Assembly: GCF_004010195.1 (NCBI RefSeq)
Contig: NC_057719.1
Coordinates: forward strand, 58,215,823 to 58,279,822
Source: Chiloscyllium plagiosum
Taxonomy: Eukaryota
DNA: 64,000 nucleotides
Reading direction: 5' to 3'
Within the stretch, counting starts at the first letter, position 1; each line of letters opens with the position of its first letter. A program made the translations under genes and the position numbers. Of the stretch, positions 26,530 through 39,384 are shown piece after piece. The notes under the pieces are model-generated. The model did no database searches. It was not told where the DNA came from and saw only the letters and a program-made list of their open reading frames with translations.

Positions 26530-27458
26530 CAGAGGAACCTCGATTATCCGAATACTAATTATCCGAAAATCGGATTATACGAAGGAGATCTCGAGGTCCC
26601 GATGGAAACATTTACATTAAAGACGCGTTTCCAACAGTGGTCGCGTCTTTTGATTACAGTGATTAAGCAGGCACCGTCGCCAAATGACTGAGTGCCTGTC
26701 CTCCCACTCTCCCCACACTTTCCCTGGAGTTCTACACAGGGGTGAACCTAAACCTTCCTTCCCCACAAAATCTCTCCAACATTGTCCTGTACAAGGCAAA
26801 GATTAGATTTTAGATTAGATTACATTACAGTGTGGAAACAGGCCCTTCGGCCCAACAAGTCCACACCGACCCGCCGAAGCGTAACCCACCCATACCCCTA
26901 CACTTAGCCCTTACCTAACACTACGGGCAATTTAGCATGGCCAATTCACCTGACCTGCACATCTTTGGACTGTGGGAGGAAACCGGAGCACCCGGAGGAA
27001 ACCCACGCAGACACGGGGAGAACGTGCAAACTCCACACAGTCAGTCGCCTGAGGCGGGAATTGAACCCGGGTCTCAGGCGCTGTGAGGCAGCAGTGCTAA
27101 CCACTGTGCCACCGTGCCGCCCACAAAGGTGGAAACTGTCAAAAAGTTACACAGTAAAAAGTTGTGTGTGTGGCTGTGGCTGCATATGTGTGTGTGTGCG
27201 CGCACGTTATTTGGAGACTTACCCCACAAAGGCAAGTGCAGCAGTCTTGTTATTGGTGTCCAGTTCGGCTGCCCCGGAGAGGGGCAGGCGGGGGTCAGCG
27301 TTGGACAGGGTTTGGGGTGGAGGGAGGTTTCGGGGACGGCAGTCTCCTGAACGAGGAGCAGACTTTAAAAACTCCGAGCGCCAAAGGAAAGGCATTTAAT
27401 TGATTATCGAAATGAAATAGTGCCCGCCCATCACTTTTGGATAATCGAGGTTCCCCTG
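26530..27458. mobile_element. Tc1/mariner (Tigger/pogo-like) non-autonomous DNA transposon
   Basis: TIRs CAGAGGAACCTCGATTATCCGAA / TTTGGATAATCGAGGTTCCCCTG, flanked by TA at 26528-26529 and 27459-27460. Confidence 0.85.
26801..27122 (-). mobile_element. HE1-type V-SINE, well preserved, nested in the MITE
   Basis: Reverse complement reads GGGCGGCACGGTGGCACAGTGGTTAGCACTGC..GGTTCAATTCCCGCC, then V-domain and (taatc)n tail; homologous to 2270-2592. Confidence 0.9.
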
Positions 27459-27519
27459 TAATGGATTTTGTGTAAGAGCAGAACACCTGATAACAAGTCC
27501 TGATGAGTGGGGGTTGGGA

Positions 27520-27960
27520 ATTGCAGAATTACTTACATTTTACTTTGCACAAAAACTGCATGAATCCACGTAAGATTCGGTAAATCCATTTCTTAGGTTA
27601 GAATCACTCCGACCATTGTGGCACAGACAGTCTCACACAGGGCAGCTCACACCTTCAATGTATTATCTGGGCCGACATGACACCAATTGTTACAGTTCAC
27701 TTGAGAAGGTAACTTTTATATGTTCTGCGATTTACATATGAAAGAACTGAAACCAACATGTTCATTTTAAAAGATGAGAGAATTAACAACAATCCAATAT
27801 TTTTCAATATATAATTTCAGTTACATCACACTATTTTGCTATAAATTCTGTGTCTTACAATCTTTTTGCTTCACAACCACCTGATGAAGGAGCAGCGCTT
27901 CAAAAGCTAGAGCTTCCAAATAAACCTGTACTATAACCTGATATTGTGTGATTTTTAACT
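27520..27960 (+). mobile_element. Penelope-like terminal region (same family as 15607-15900)
   Basis: taaattctgtgtcttac..accacCTGATGAAGGAGCAGCGCTTCAAAAGCTAG..aataaacctgt..gtgatttttaac. Confidence 0.7.
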
Positions 27961-28349
27961 CAGTTCCAAGCAAATGAATGGCATGTCTGACTCCCAGACT
28001 AGTGGTGAGACCTTGAGACTCATCCACAACTGGTAGCCTCCTACTCTGAGCTGTTCCCTCATAAGTCTGATTCTTCGTGCACATTTTGTGCTACCTACAA
28101 AAAGCAGGACACCTCCAATCGATCTAATTCCTGCCCCATTAGTAGAGACCCAATTCTTAGGAAATTGCCATCCAACAGCGGTATCTCAAGCAACTTTTAG
28201 TCAAAAAAACCCTGCTCAGTTTGGCTTTGTCGGGATAACCTGGCTTCATATCTCAATAGGGTATTTTCAAAACAGGTGAATTCCATAGGTGAAAGTACAA
28301 TGATTTCTCTTGATACAAAAGCAACATTTGATGGAGAATGTTAACAAGG

Positions 28350-29280
28350 TGTAAAATTGAAACAAATGGGAATTGAGGGAATATTCTCTACTGGCTGAAG
28401 TCCTACCTGGCACAAAATTGTTACTGCAGTAATTATATCATTTCAGATGGTATGTCAATGAGTTGCCTGCATCATAAAGTTATAAGTGATGATACCTGCT
28501 CAATTTTATATAATGCTTGATTCCATCACAACTCCCCAGAAAGTGAAGCAGCCATTGTTCACAGCAAGATCATTCAACTTCAACAGCAACAAGATCATTC
28601 AAATTTAAACTGTTGTTAAGTGGTAAAAGACAGTTAAGACTCACAAGTATCAGCTAATGACTGATCCCAAGAAAAGTTTTATCCTTGACAGTTAAAAGCA
28701 TTGTTATTAAATTTCCCATCATTAACATCCTGAGGTTCAGTGAATAGAAACCTAAAGCAGTCACATAAATATCACTGCGACAAGAGCAGGTGAGATGCTT
28801 TGCATTCTGCATTAAGTAACTGAACACTCTTAGTTGCTTTAATGTGTCGAACACCAATGAGAAGTTCAGCAAGGTTTACAACACAGTGACCCCCTTGATG
28901 AACACTCCATTCACCATTTCAAACAGTTACTCCTTCTCCAAACAGCACATCATAGCTGCAGTTTTTATCATTTACTTGCATCGCAGCAACAAGCTAAGGC
29001 TTTCCTCACAACACCTGCAAATGCACAACTGCTATCTTCTCAAAGGGCAGGGAGACGCCACCAAAATCAAGCTTTCCTCTAAGCTACACACCTTTTTCGA
29101 CTTGAAAATACATTGCAATTGTTTGCCATTGCTGAATCAAAATCATGCATATGCCTACCTTAATATGAAATAGACTTAACTTGACCACACAGGTGCAGCA
29201 GTTAAAAGGTAATTAATAGGTTAAAGGTAACCTATAGATGTAATTTATGACGGGCAACAAAGACAATGCCAATCTGGACA
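28350..29280 (+). mobile_element. Highly degraded CR1/L2-group LINE relic
   Basis: Residual RT-like stretches (ggaattgagggaatattctctactggctgaagtcctacct; ttaacatcctgaggtt...gaaacctaa). Confidence 0.45.
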
Positions 29281-29639
29281 ACAATGCTCATTCCATGAAT
29301 TAATACATAGAAAAATACAAATACGTGCTTCTTCTTTATTGTGGCCCAGCACCTCCTTTAACTTCTTTAGTGTCTGTGTTGTCAAAATGTTTATTTGACA
29401 TCGGATACTGATGCACAATAGATTGCTCCAACTAATAAATTATGAAAAAATTCTGAAGCCATTCAGCACTCATCAATAACTTGGAAGCATATTCCAAATT
29501 CCATACTATTCAATTATTCTAACACTCCTGTGGCCCTTGTAAATTTCAACTTCACAAAAACTCTGCTGCCTCTATCCTATCCCATTTCATATTCCACTCA
29601 TCTTACCCTTGACTCCTTGAATCTAAAACAAGTACAGCA

Positions 29640-31150
29640 ACTTCTCATAAAGGCCACAGAGATGCATAATAGGACCATTATTAAATAGAATTTGACAGCA
29701 AGCCATTGAAGGAGACATTGTCCAAAACTTAGTCAAAGATGTAGATTTTAAGCAGCATTTAAGAGTGGCAGAAAGTGATAGGGAGTGTTGGATACTGTCT
29801 TTTTCTACTTCGAATAACCATTCAGCAAAAGATAAAAATTTGAGAATTTTTATTAAGAAGCAGTGACAGTTACATTCTGGTTGCTGAGAATTAGCATGTA
29901 ATTGCATCGATTCTAAGTTCAGCTTACATTTTAAACATTAGATGCTGATAGGTTTATCTAATTACATTTCATTTCGTATATGCTTAGATAAGCTGTTTAA
30001 CACTCTGTTCGTCACATAAACCTATCAGCAGCAGAAACAAACTTAACTGTTATTCAATATTAACTCAATCAGATAAGCTGTTTTCTGATATCTTTAACTG
30101 TTATATGACATTGGCTCAAATGCACTGTTTTCTTATGTCCTCACAGGAGTCATAGAAGTTTATACAGGGAATTTCAGAAATGGAGCTGGAACTGGATCTG
30201 TCAGATACAGGAATGTACAGGAGCCTACAAATGCAAGAGTGAAGAGATCTGTGACTTCTTTGGGCAGAGATTAAAGACATGGCGGGGGTGGGGGGGGAGG
30301 TGACATCATGGTGGATTTGTAAGTAAGGGTGAAAATGTTAACATCAGTCATTGCTGAACTAGGAGCACAAAGATGATAAGTGAAAACGATTTTGCATGAC
30401 TTGGATTCTAGCCACAGTTGAGCTTGTTTTTGAAGAATTAACTGTAATGAGTCAGATAGATGTAACCTTTAAAATGCTTTTCTAACAGAGACAAAAGCAG
30501 AGACAAGGGTTTCAGCAACTGATAAAGAGAAGCAGGATTATAGTTGCAATGATGGAAGTAAAACTTAGATGGCATGGATATCAAATCAGAATCTTATCAC
30601 ATGGTTAAATATGACACCAGAGTTGTGAATAGTCTGGTTCAGTTCCAGACAGTTGACAGGGAGAGGAATAGAGTTGGTGACTGGTAACAGATTTTGATGG
30701 ACACTGAAGAAAATTGCTTCAATTTCCCAAATGTATAACTGAAGGAAATTTCTTCTTATCCAGTAGGATGTTTGACAAAGGATCTGGCAATTTAAAGATG
30801 ATAAGGGATTGAAGGAAACATTGGTAAGACAATGCTGAGTATTATTTGTGAAAATGTGAACCAAACATTGTGCTTTCAGATGAAATCACTAAGGTTGACG
30901 AGAAGCAGGACAGTGCTGAAAATGTGTTGCTGGAAAAGCATCCAAGGAACAGGAGAATCGACATTTCGGGCATAAGCCCTTCTTCAGGACCTTTTTCACT
31001 TTCTCCGAGAAGCAGGACAGTCTCAGGAACAGCTAGAGTTGAAGAGGCTCCAAGTACATTCACTGGTTATGTTAAGATTAGTAAAAAAGAAAATCAATTC
31101 AGTCTCACCCAGTTGTATTGACAGAAGAAGCATTGGCGATCAGCATTATG
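29640..31150 (-). mobile_element. Degraded L2 LINE RT C-terminal region
   Basis: ORF 30586-30864 YWIRRNFLQLYIWEIEAIFF..LNQTIHNSGVIF resembles the L2 W(M)..NFLQLN..KTE...NLGVIFD motif. Confidence 0.65.
30915..31006. mobile_element. Penelope-derived mini-element
   Basis: Same arm sequence as 5353-5440; perfect 15-bp TSD gagaagcaggacagt at 30900-30914 and 31007-31021. Confidence 0.8.
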
Positions 31151-31999
31151 GTTAACCATGTCAAAGGATGCAATATTCAAGAGAAGTGGTAATTTACATA
31201 GGCACTGACACACTGGATGTCATTTGTGAGTCTGCTGCTTGCTGCACCTAGGGTGGAAATCTGACTGGAATGAAATGAATTTGGAGTTCCAGCTAAGATA
31301 AGCATAGATATTGGAGGTAACAACATTTCCTTCAGACTTTGTAAGGGAAAGAGAGACAGGGCAACCATGTGTGCTGCGAAGAGGATTGTTTTTAAGTGTT
31401 GAAAGCATACAGGCAGGAAAGCTGATAAATCTTTGGGGCCTGATAATAGATATCCCATAAAACTAAAAGGAGGTGAACATAGAACAGTGAAAACTGTCAG
31501 CTTCCAAAATTCTGTAGATTTTGAAACAGACACAGCAGACTTAAGGGTGGCAAATGTAACACCACTATTTAAAAAGGAGGGGGAAGAAAACAGAATATTA
31601 CAGACCAGTCAGACTAGCATCAGTGGTAGGGATATACTAACCTCTTATAAAGGATATGATGGTTAAAACACGACAAAGTAACTGTTTTTGAAGTGAGTCC
31701 AAGTCCATATTTTACTGAGAACTTTATTTTAGTTAACCACACAACATAAAACTCAAATTGATTTTAAGCTACCCATTCCTTAACCAATTCCCACACAATG
31801 AATTCTTAATTAATGTATACAAACCATGCTCCCCCATTTCATTAGGTCTTAGATGTTTCTTCAGACTATATTAAATGATGACAGATTCACTTTTTAAAAT
31901 CATTTAAAATAAATAAATATATAATAAAGAATACAAAATAATATTATATTCTGATTTTTTTTCTCTTCTACATTGCGTCTGCAAAAAATTGTCTCCTAA

Positions 32000-32141
32000 C
32001 TTCCAGTTGCCTGCTACTTCAACACACCACTGTGCTACCTGGCCAACATCTGTGTCTCAGGCTTGCTGCATTGCTCCCGCAAAGATCAACGCAAGTTTGA
32101 AGAACAGCATCTCATTTATTGTTTGGAAACCCTACAGCCTG
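32000..32141 (+). mobile_element. Penelope GIY-YIG C-terminal fragment
   Basis: LPVACYFN..GLLHCSRKDQRKFEEQHLIYCLETLQP; homologous to 57818-57930. Confidence 0.7.
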
Positions 32142-32910
32142 CAGTGCTGTATTTTGGTAGGGCAAATCAGGGAAGGTCTTATATTCTTAATGGTAAGATC
32201 CTGGAGAGTGTTGCTGAACAAAAAGACCTTGGAATACAGGTTCATAGTTCATCGGTACACAGGGTAATCAAGAAGGCATTTGGTATTCTTGGCTTTATTA
32301 GTCAGTGCATTGAATTAGGGGAGTTGGGAGGTCATGTTGCGGCTTTACATGACATTGGTTCGGTCACTTTTGGAATACTGTGTGCAATTCTGGTCTTCCA
32401 GCTATAGGAATGATGTTGTGAAACTTGGAAGGGTTCAGAAAAGATTTACAAGGATGTTGCCAGGATTGGAGGGTTTGACCTACAGGTTGAATATACTGGA
32501 GCTATTTTCCCTGGAGCATCCGAGGCTGAGGGATGACCTTACACGAGTTAATGAAATCACGATGGACATGGATCGACTGAATTAGCCAAGGTCCTTTCCC
32601 TAGGGTAAGGGAGTTCAAAACTACAGGGCATAAGTTTAAGGCGAGAGGAGAGATATTTAAAAGGGGCCTAAGTGGCAATTTTATGCAGAGGGTGGTGCAT
32701 TCATGGAATGAGCTTCCAGAAGAAGTGGTGGAGGCTGGTACAATAACAACATTTGAAAGGCATCTGGATGGGTATATCAATGGGAAGGGTTTACAGGGAT
32801 ATGGGCGAAATACTGGCAAATGAAACTAGATTAATTTAGAATATCTGGTCAGCCTGGGCAAGTTGGACCAAAAGGTCAGTTTCCATATTGTACATCCCTA
32901 TGACCCTAAA
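32142..32910 (+). mobile_element. CR1 3' fragment
   Basis: ORFs 32063-32407 and 32334-32585; CR1 3' UTR. Confidence 0.85.
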
Positions 32911-32929
32911 TCCATATTTCTGCATATCC

Positions 32930-33390
32930 TTTACAATCTTTCACTGAAAAGTTATTTCTATTGCCATCCTTAATGAAAGACCCCCTTATTTTCAAACCAG
33001 CACATGGGGAAACATCCTTTCAGCATTCACCATGTCAAGATCCCTCAGGGTTTTATTTGGTTCAACAACATCACCTCATTCTTCTCAACTCCAACAGGTA
33101 TTGGTCTAACCTGTCCAATGTTTCCTTCTAAGATAACTTTCCCATCCCAAATATCAGTAGAGTGAAGCTTCTCTGAACTGCTTCTTATCCGTATACTTAA
33201 ATAAGAAACCAAATCACTTCACAGTGTTCTAGTTGTGGCCTCAATTAAGCTTGATCTAATTGTAGCATCACATCTTTATACGTATATTCAATACACAATA
33301 ACATTCCATTTGCCTTCCTCATTATTTCCAATACATGCATACTTTCTTATTGTGCTTCATACACCGGAACATCAAGATCCCTCTTTACCT
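32930..33390 (-). mobile_element. Older CR1 fragment
   Basis: Degenerate reverse complement of the CR1 RT C-terminus. Confidence 0.6.
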
Positions 33391-33391
33391 T

Positions 33392-34383
33392 AGTCATAGA
33401 GATGTACAGCACGGAAACACATCCTTCGGTCCAACGCGTCCAGGCCAACCAGATATCCTAAATTAATCTTGTCCCATTTGCCAGCACTTGGTCAATATCC
33501 CTCTGAATCCTGCCTATGCATATACCCATCCAGATGCCATTTAAATGTTGTCATTGTACCAGCCTCCATCAATTCCTCTGGCAGCTCATTCCATACATGC
33601 ACCACACTCTGCATGAAAACAATGTCCCTTAGGTCCCTTTTGAATCTTGCCTCTCTCATCTTAAAGCTATGCCCTCTGGCTTTGGTCTCCTTCATACCAG
33701 GAAAAAGACCTCATCTATTAACCCTATCCATGTCCCTCATGATTTTATGAATCTCTATAAGGTCACCCCTCAGCCATGGACGGTCCAGGGAAAACACTCC
33801 CAGTGTATTCAGCCTCTTCCTATAGCTCTAATCCTTTTAAATCTTTTCTGAATCCTCACAAGTTTCACAATATCCTACCTATAGCAGGGAGACCAGAATT
33901 GAATGCTGTATTTCAAAAGTGGTCTGTCATGTACGGCCATAACATGATCTCCCAACTCTGATATTCAATGCACTGACTAATAAAGGAAAGCATACCAAAA
34001 GCTTTCTTCACTATCCTATCCACCTGTGATTCGACTTAAGGAAATATGAACCTGCACTCCAAGGTCTCTTTGTTCAGCAACACTCCCCAGGACTTTACCA
34101 TTAGGTGGATAAGTCTTGCTCTGATTTGCTTTTCCAAAATGCAGCACCTCACATTTATCTAAATTAAACTCCATCTGCCACTCCTCAGCCCACTGGGATC
34201 TCGATCAGATGGGTCATTGTAATCTGAGGTAACCTTCTTCACTGTCCACTACACTTCCGATGTTGGTGTCATCTGCAAATGTACTCACCATATCTTCTAT
34301 ATTCACAGAGAAATCATTTATATAAATGACAAAAAGCATAGATGCAGTACCAATCCTCATGGCACACTGCTGGTCACAAACCA
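33392..34383 (-). mobile_element. CR1 3' portion; host site of the ERV (continues at 46679-47100)
   Basis: CR1 3' UTR and RT motifs in reverse complement (gtcatctgcaaa = FADD; ggcacactgctggtcac). Confidence 0.85.
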
Positions 34384-35084
34384 TGTAATGTTAAAAGATT
34401 AAATGGGAATATCTCTCTGGACATTAAAGTAATATTAAAAGGTTAAATTGCTCTGACTGAATGTTCTGGAAGTGGGTGGGGACGACAGTCAGGCAGGAAA
34501 GCGAATGACCCCCACTCCAATTTGACAGTCATTTGCTACTACTTCTACTATTATCGAATTAAACTCTCATTTAATCTCTTCCACAGCCATGCCCAACCAA
34601 TCAGGTTTACTTGCATGATCATCCCCGATGCTGAGACCTATCACACTTACATTGTCAGAGGAAGAAGCGAAGCCAGAACTCATTAGCAGGGTCACCCCAA
34701 AGCTAGGACACATCACACCTACATTGTCTTGGAGAATCACTGAGTCAGGAAGCCATCTGCATAATGATTCCCCAGGATTAGGGCATTAGCATTTGCGATC
34801 TCCGAGGATGCACTCATCCTACTATTGTACCTGGGGTAACATGTGGTTTGGGGGGGTGGGGGGAGGAGTGGGCAGAGCATCTGTAAGCATTGCCAACTGA
34901 CCTGTATAAAAGGGAATGTATTTTCTTTGTACGGAATCTCTCTTCTGACTCAACTTCGCTACCTGTGAAGAGTATCACAGGGGTCACCTGGCTCGCACAA
35001 GTTTTATTAAACTTTAACTGTTTGCAGAAGTTGGTGTGCACGAATTACATCTTGTGTATGAAACCTCCGGAAAATAACCTAACA
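34384..35084 (+). repeat. ERV 5' LTR (701 bp)
   Basis: TGTAATG...CCTAACA; TATAAAA at ~34905; ATTAAA at ~35006; collinear with 45984-46678. Confidence 0.95.
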
Positions 35085-35086
35085 TA

Positions 35087-35104
35087 TGGCGGCAGCGGTG
35101 GGAT
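35087..35104 (+). promoter_or_regulatory. ERV primer-binding site, tRNA-Leu(AAG/TAG)
   Basis: TGGCGGCAGCGGTGGGAT vs vertebrate tRNA-Leu 3'-end complement TGGTGGCAGCGGTGGGAT (17/18), 2 nt after the LTR. Confidence 0.85.
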
Positions 35105-35369
35105 TCCAACATACATGGAGCTTCCATGTGGACTGAATAAGTGATCGTCTAAGTGTCGGTTGCGTGAAATGGATGAGCCGACAAGGTAAATTTCACCTTG
35201 ATCTCTCTCTCTATAAATTTAACACTCAGTCAACCCCTTGTTGAGGAGAGATCCCCCACGCGAAGTCAGAAAGCTGAAGTGAGTGCTGAGGCTGCCAGTA
35301 CAATTCCATAAAAGTCAGTCAGAGAAAGAAAAAAATTAATAACATAGACAAGCATCAGATAAGTCAGGG

Positions 35370-36960
35370 GCTGGAATCCCTTTGTATTGATTATGCTGAA
35401 ATGACACCCCAGAATGTGGAACATTCCAGGCATCTCTCAGGATGTTTAAAAAGGAAATTGGGCAATGAAATCTGGCCACTAGGAAGGACATGGGACATTG
35501 AGAAATGTTTAAAGGCCGAAGAGGCAATCTGGAAGTGCAATGTGGGCACTCAGCGGAAAATTTTAATAATAACAACATGGTGAGAAGTGGCCGAGGAATT
35601 AAAAGACAAATCTAAGCAGAGCAGCTAGGAGAACAACAATCCCCAGAGAGGGATTAGATTATGTGATAACGAGGGTAACCCTAAACCTTGGGCAGTGTTG
35701 AAGACTCAATGCGAGGTCTATGATCTAAATGAGAGAAACCAAGAAAAGCTAAAAGACAGACTAACGAACCAGGTTTAAAATGCCAAACACAGCTACTGGC
35801 CGAGTTCAAACAGAAGGTACCTCCAGACATGTCTGGTTTTCCAATGTTGTTCCAAATTGATTACACTAATGAGCAAGAGGAGGATTGGCAAATCCTGGCT
35901 AGCGCCCCTCCCCCCCACATATCAGCTGCTACACCCTACGACCCCTGCTAGCGCCATGACACCCCAATCTCAATCCACCAGCCTGCGACCACCACCTCCA
36001 CTGCCACCTGTTTCCCCACGCTCTATCCCTCGGCCACAGGGAAGTTCCGACCCTCTGCGTCCTGACCAGAACCAGGCTCCTGAAAGTTTTGCTGACCCAG
36101 TCGCTTTCAGGACGCAATCCAACACTAAAAAAGACAAAGACACACAGAGAACAGGATACATCGTCCTTAAACCCAGACACAGACAGCAGTAGCGAGCGTG
36201 ACAGGCCCCACTATTATGACCCCGAGAGCAATGATTGGACCCGAAAGGTCGCAAATGGAACAGGTAATTCCAGCCCGCATAACCAAAACAATCAGGCAAC
36301 ACTGCCATAAATGTGAACAGAGGCAGTTCCCTAAGCCACACCCTGGCGCAGTGGGAGAAGCCGCTATACACATCCTGGAAATCCCATGAGAGGTGCTTGA
36401 TCATGCCCAACCTAAAGACGAATCCAGAGGCTTTCATTGATTATGTTACAGGCACAATTCAAATGTATCAAGCCACACCTCAGGACCTCTTCAGTCTGTG
36501 CTGCTTGGCTTTGACCCCAAGTGAGGGTTCTCTTTGGAAAATCTAGTTAGCGGGGTGACAATGGCCTTTTCCAGAGCTTTTCCCCAGAGAGGGGACCATT
36601 AGGGGGGGCCTCGCCAGAGAACCCTGCAACAACCGGTAGATATAATTGGGTATTATAGTGCTGCCCAAAGCAGGAGGAGGCCAGTTCAGACTTTTGGGAT
36701 AGGTTTTGCTCCATATACTCCATCTATGCAGGGGACACCACTTATAATGCAGGAAATCCCTTGCCCCAGTTTAATGCCCTACTAATATAATGTATCCCAG
36801 AGGGAGTAGCTGCTGCTATTAGAACCAACAATACGGATTGGCCGGATAATACCTGTCAACAAATGAGAACAGTGCTCACTTATTACTGGCAAAGTCATAA
36901 AGACCCTAACTAGGCAACTATGAAGCATGAAATGATACAGCCCACCCCCTCCTCAACAAG
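35370..36960 (+). pseudogene. gag: ERV gag (MA, Pro-rich region with PPxY late motif, CA with MHR); frameshifted
   Basis: GNEIWPLGRTWD (MA-like); PPTY at 35911-35922; PNLKTNPEAFIDYV..YQATPQDL; MHR-like KQEEASSDFWDRF..YSIYAG at ~36665-36733. Confidence 0.75.
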
Positions 36961-37139
36961 TCCGTACATTACCCCTATCTGTAAATGAGGTCCTGGGGGT
37001 TTTAGCACACCAGTTATAGCAACAGTCAGACTCCGGTATCACTGACCAGATCTAAAATGTTGTCCAATGGGAAGTTAACTTATTTCTCTAGCCCTTTCAC
37101 TGTGGCGGGTTTACTTTTCTACAACCAAACCCGACACAA

Positions 37140-37953
37140 CCCCTCAGAAGAACCCTTTCCTGACCTATGGTCGGCCTCTAAGCATGAAGTCAGTTACACC
37201 TCTGTGGATCCTATCAAGATCCAAATTACATCAGGAGCAGAACTGCCTTCGATACTCAATACCCCCTAAGAGCAGAAGCCATAGAAGGGGTATCAGCTTT
37301 GATAGACTCATTCCTCCAACCAGGAGTTCTCGTCCCCTGCCAATTGCTCTGTAACACCGCCGTTTTACCGGTCCCGAAGCCAGAACGCCCAGATTGGAGG
37401 TTAGTATATGATCTCTGACAGACCAACAGAACAGTACAGCCACTACAACTGGTCGTGCCGAGCCTTGTGGCCATTCTCAACAACATCTCTGCCAGCACCT
37501 GTATTTTCACCATTGTTGACCTGCAGCATAATTTCTTTGCTCTCCCCCTGGCACCGGAGTCTCAATATTTGTTTGCTTTCATCTTGTCCATTTGCCCACT
37601 CTATTCGCCCAGGTATTGCACGAGCAGCTCTCTGAGCTTTAGCTCTTAGACGGCTCCACGGTCATCCAGTATGTGGACGACTTACTCCTAGATAGCCCCT
37701 TGGAATCTGCTAACGTTGCAAATACCAACTGTCTCCGAAATGCCCTCCACTCTTGGTGATGCGTGACACCATCCAACAAGGTTCAGTGCACCCAGCAAGA
37801 AGTTACATTCCTGGGGACATTGCTCAGCGCTTCAGAATGGCAGTTCACCCCGGACCGCATCCGCCCATCCTGGCAACCCCTCCACCTACGACTGTTAAGC
37901 AGATGCATGCCTTTCTAAGCTTGGTTAACTACTATCAGCAGTGTCTCCCCAAT
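37140..37953 (+). pseudogene. pol: ERV pol, RT polymerase domain (5' part)
   Basis: PDLWS..QYPL..CNTAVLPVPKP..WRLVYDL..FTIVDLQHNFFALPL..SQYLFAF..VIQYVDDLLL (YVDD at 37670-37681)..VKQMHAFLSLVNYY. Confidence 0.9.
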
Positions 37954-38321
37954 GTGTGTGTGCGTGTGTGAGTGAGTGAGCGAGTGAAAAACGCACATTG
38001 CCAAACTTTGCTGCTTGAATTCATGTATCGCTGGACATCGGAAAACTTAAACAGTGAAATTCACAACTAGTTTTGGGAGAGGAACCTGTTTGGGAGAGGT
38101 CACAGCACAAAAACAGATAAGTGGATGTTTTAAGCGTAGCCTTACAATAAGCCTGCAGTAGTGAGTAGAGTGGGTTCTTTCTTGAATTTTTGTTTTAATG
38201 AGATATGTCTCTTGATAAAACTTAAAATATAAGCCCTCGGTATTAATTTAACCTGGAGCAGTGTTTTGTAGAGGAATACAACAGTGCTATTTTCTAGGTC
38301 TATAGATTGAAAGAAGCAAAA

Positions 38322-39251
38322 ATGGGCTTCAGTAGAGTGATATGCTCTTCTTGTCAGATGTGGGAGTTTAGGGAGAATTTACAGGTTACTGAGGATTATA
38401 TTTGCAATAAATGCCGTTGGTTGTGAATCCTATCGGATCAAATGCATCGGTTGGAGAGACAGTTAGAGTCCATGAGGAATTTACAAGAGCAAGAGGATGT
38501 GATAATGGCAGTTATAGGAAGGGAGAAAAGTCACAGATAGTCACATAGATGGGTTAACTCGAGGGAAGAGAGATAGGCAGAGAGTGCCGGAGTCTTCTGT
38601 GGCTATGCCCATTTCAAACTAGTATGCGGTTTTGGAAAATATAGGGGGTGATGGATTCTCAGGGGAACATAACACAAACTGCCAGGTTTCTGGTATCGAG
38701 ACTGACTCTAATGCAGTGAGGGTACGTCGGGTTCCAATAAATCAAGTGTGTTAGGGGACTCTCTAATTCAAGGTACAGACAGACGTTTCTGTGGCCTGGA
38801 GCGAAAAATCAGAATGGTGCGTTGCTTCCCTGATGCCAGGATCAAGGATGTCTCAGAGAGGGTGCAGAATGTTCTCAAGGGGGAAGAGGGACCAGCAGGA
38901 GGTCATTGTACACATTGGAACCAATGACAAAGGAAGGGAAAAGGTTGAGATTCTGAAGGGCGATTAGAGAGAGTTAGGCAGGAGTTTATAAAGAGAACCT
39001 CGACAGTAATAATATCTGGATTACTCCCAGTGCTACGAGCGAGGGGCAGGAATAGGAGGATAGAGCAGATGAATGCAAGTCTGAGGAGCTGGTGTATGGG
39101 AGAATGATTCACATTTTTGGATCACTGGAAGTCTTTTGGGGTTAGAAGTGACCTGTATAACCCCAATCAGGAGAGATTGCACCTGAATTGGAAGGGGCCT
39201 AATATACTGGCAGGGAGATTTGCTAAAGCTGCTCAGGAGGATTTAAACTAG
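38322..39251 (+). pseudogene. CR1 ORF1 (CxxC..CxxC, coiled coil, SGNH/GDSL esterase), disrupted
   Basis: VICSSCQMW..YICNKC; VLGDSLIQGTDRRFCG; VIVHIGTND; LHLNWKG. Confidence 0.8.
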
Positions 39252-39384
39252 TACGGTGGGGAGGTAGGGAGTTGGGACCCAGGGAGATAGTGAAGAGATC
39301 AATCTGAGACTGGTACAGTTGAGAACAAAGGCGAGTCAAACAGTCAGGACAGGCAGGGACAAAGCAGAGAACAAGGTAGGATTG

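Noticed and set aside
26965..27403. Cluster of overlapping ORFs (144, 78 and 79 aa)
   Set aside because: Antisense reading of the HE1 SINE plus the GC-rich MITE interior; no transposase motifs
37025..37045. SDSGI as the ERV protease active site
   Set aside because: Preceded by polar residues (QQS) instead of the hydrophobic strand, with no downstream LLGRD motif
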